A DNA stretch of 63,328 nt, the filler included, from Globobulimina sp. (lineage: Eukaryota), in NCBI GenBank assembly GCA_003354225.1. It is 44 parts of 44 records of this genome, joined end to end, with 100 filler letters (N's around TTAATTAATTAA, not from the genome) between each part and the next. Parts side by side here need not be neighbours in the genome. Positions count along the whole stretch, not along the records: positions 61,988 to 63,328 come from PIVH01018350.1; 43 more parts are not named here. One strand, 5' to 3'. This document shows positions 61,988 to 63,328 of the stretch, one piece after another. How positions within the stretch are numbered: position 1 is the first letter of the stretch; the number at the start of each line of letters is the position of its first letter. Under the pieces are notes generated by a model. It ran no database searches and was not told the DNA's origin. It saw only the letters and a list, made by a program, of their open reading frames with translations. A program made the translations under genes and the position numbers.

Positions 61988-62627
61988 TGGATGTGGATAC
62001 AATGCAAAATATGAATATTTGGCCACTTATTGTCCATTTAATAATAATTTTGCAATGATTCCATTTATTGTAATATTTTTATCATTGTTATTGTTGTCTT
62101 TTTTAGCTTGCAGATCCCGCCATGTTCCGGAAAATTTCAATGAATCTAAATATTTGGGATTATGTATATTTACATCCATTATTTTGCTGATTATGTATTG
62201 TTTAATTACATTCTTGGATTTTTTCGATGATTCAACTCAATGGTTATTGCGTTCATTGTGTTTTTTCATATTAATTCAAAGCGTATTGACATATTTATTT
62301 TATTTTAAATTATTTATTGTTTACAATGATAAAGAGATACAACCAATATTTGATAAAACACATTCTGTATTCATTAAGGAATTGGAAGCAAATTCAAAAC
62401 AAAGTATTAGTAAAAAAAATAAACTTCAAATAACAAATGAATATGAAAAAGTACAAAATATAAGTGCTGATGCATATAAATCAGAGCACAATGAGAATGA
62501 TAATAATTCACCGGGTCCTGCTTTGGAATTGCAAGAGTTACAAGAATTTGCAAGGCAAAACACAGACACTACTTTTGGAAGAGCAACCTCTACTGAATTA
62601 ATGTCACCTTATTCCACTGCTTTGTAA
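61988..62627 (+). CDS. Class C (7tm_3, GABA-B-like) GPCR, C-terminal part
   Basis: FLACRSRHVPENFNESKYLGLCIF signature and three TM helices. Confidence 0.9.
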
Positions 62628-62687
62628 CATTCTGCCGTTTGAGTTTTCTTCCTAAAGTGAGCTACTAGTCATCCACTCTCAAAAAGA

Positions 62688-62922
62688 ATGTCAGCTCACG
62701 AAGAATGGGACATTACATGCTTTCATCCGCACCCATGGTCAAAATTTACGTGGGTTGTAATGAATCTAAGTGCATGTTTCTTGTTTGTATTTGGTGTTTA
62801 TATGGTTTATGTAACGTGGCTTCGAATTCATCGCATTAACACATTCGTTAAATTGCTGTGTACCATCATTATATTATTATTTAATGGAGCTGAAATCCTA
62901 TGGGCAATCCACATCACCTCTG
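62688..62922 (+). CDS. Membrane protein first exon
   Basis: ATG, two TM helices, then a GTATGT donor. Confidence 0.55.
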
Positions 62923-63001
62923 TATGTTCACTTTTTTAACTCTTATGTTTTGCAAAAAGTGCACTCTACAAAAACAATTGCAATCTGACATATTAAAATT
63001 A

Positions 63002-63219
63002 GTGCATTTAACTGAATTGAAAGAAAAGTCGATAATTCAGTTTATTTTATCCGTCTACAGTCTATATTTATTAGACTAATCGAATAAATCTTTAATTATA
63101 TCAATCATAATTACCTCCATTTTTTATATCATAAAGTTTTTAGAAACCTTGATATCGTTGCTGGGACGAATAAAATTGCACTGAATTAGTGACTTTGCTT
63201 TCGATTCAGTTAAATGCAC
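63002..63219. repeat. Imperfect 39-bp inverted repeat, MITE-like
   Basis: GTGCATTTAACTGAATTGAAAGAAAAGTCGATAATTCAG at 63002 versus its reverse complement at 63181-63219 with about 4 mismatches. Confidence 0.7.
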
Positions 63220-63328
63220 CAATTCTATTATCTGCTTTTTATGTCAAAAAAAACAGAGCTATTTTTGTATATTTCGTTTCAAATTGTGGTTGGATTTAGG
63301 ATTAGTGGCACTATTTTTTTATCAAATC

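Overview
This is not one locus. It is 44 unrelated contigs of 1341-1343 bp, sorted by size and joined by an artificial 100-bp linker (N44-TTAATTAATTAA-N44), so no gene neighbourhood can be inferred across linkers. Most contigs come from an AT-rich, gene-dense eukaryote with short GT-AG introns. The gene families (many divergent 7TM proteins, TM-RGS, SPRY-like, DOMON, PT-repeat surface proteins) suggest a foraminiferan or other rhizarian, but that is inference. Recognisable host genes: METTL3, SMYD, TRM10, TRM8/METTL1, D2HGDH, syntaxin-5, VPS4, a 2OG-Fe(II) oxygenase, FHA-RING, tandem PH and a class C GPCR. Mobile DNA is abundant: MULE, DIRS-like, LINE, Penelope, Ty3/Gypsy, Helitron and several MITE-like inverted repeats. 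Three contigs join eukaryotic DNA to bacterial or phage fragments and are probably amplification or assembly chimeras. The most interesting observations are (1) a Ty3/Gypsy-type Gag with an N-terminal PB1 domain and a CCCH finger in place of the CCHC knuckle; (2) two unannotated ORFs on different contigs that align to each other and may be a new LINE ORF1 family; (3) a probably N-acylated 2/2 truncated globin; (4) two minimal hammerhead ribozymes; and (5) an RRM fused to a degenerate ADP-ribosyltransferase fold. All domain calls are by eye; no searches were run.
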